Shown here: positions 63,624 to 64,000 of the stretch, in pieces
Layout: the number at the start of each line of letters is the position of its first letter
Position numbering within the stretch: the stretch's first letter is position 1
Assembly: GCA_002633005.1 (NCBI GenBank)
Contig: NMRA01000360.1
Span: forward strand, 397,049-461,048
Direction: 5' to 3'
DNA from: Phoronis australis
Lineage: Eukaryota > Animalia > Phoronida
Length of the DNA: 64,000 nt
Translations under genes and position numbers: made by a program
The notes under the pieces: generated by a model
Seen by the model: only the letters and a program-made list of their open reading frames with translations
The model's database searches: none
Told to the model about the DNA's origin: nothing

Positions 63624-64000
63624 TATAATTTAAGGGGCGGGCTCTTCACCCCCTCTCCGACATTTTCAGCTCAATATTGCTTAGTTTATTGCAGCGTTTT
63701 AATCAGCTAGCTATACGTGTAGCTTTCCAATGTTATTTTGTATTTCAGGTTCCTTCGGCATTTAAGTTTGTCCCAAAATCCAGTGTTACGTTTCCAACAC
63801 ATCCCGGGCATTGCACAACTGCACAATGCTCACATACGCCTATGTGGCCTTTTTCATTTTGCTACAAACAGAAAGATATAAAGAGACAGTAGGATTTATC
63901 AATATAAATATTATGTGATTCAATATTTCAGAAATTCACTGCTTATGATTTTTGTTCAAGATACTGCATTGGCTGTGAACTCCGTTGACTTTCATCTGCA

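Overview
Eukaryotic (animal, probably an invertebrate bilaterian such as a lophotrochozoan; inferred, not proven) genomic DNA with spliceosomal GT-AG introns. It holds (i) the last three coding exons of a CHD6-9/kismet-family chromatin remodeler (two BRK domains, + strand), (ii) a complete 23-exon retinoblastoma-like gene of the p107/p130 type (about 1051 aa, + strand, 5688-37329), (iii) a convergent, single-coding-exon POMGNT2-like GT61 glycosyltransferase (- strand), and (iv) a repeat-rich distal third with a truncated CR1/L2-type LINE and exon-like segments of a possible divergent cadherin-like gene. Introns and intergenic DNA carry many non-autonomous DNA transposons: Kolobok-like THAP elements, MITEs with 5- and 6-bp TSDs, Helentron-like elements with periodic CTCF-like motifs, foldback elements, and a probable P-type excision footprint. 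No prokaryotic-type system (CRISPR, operon) is present. One 1.4-kb duplication is probably an assembly artefact. All homology calls come from motif recognition, not database searches.
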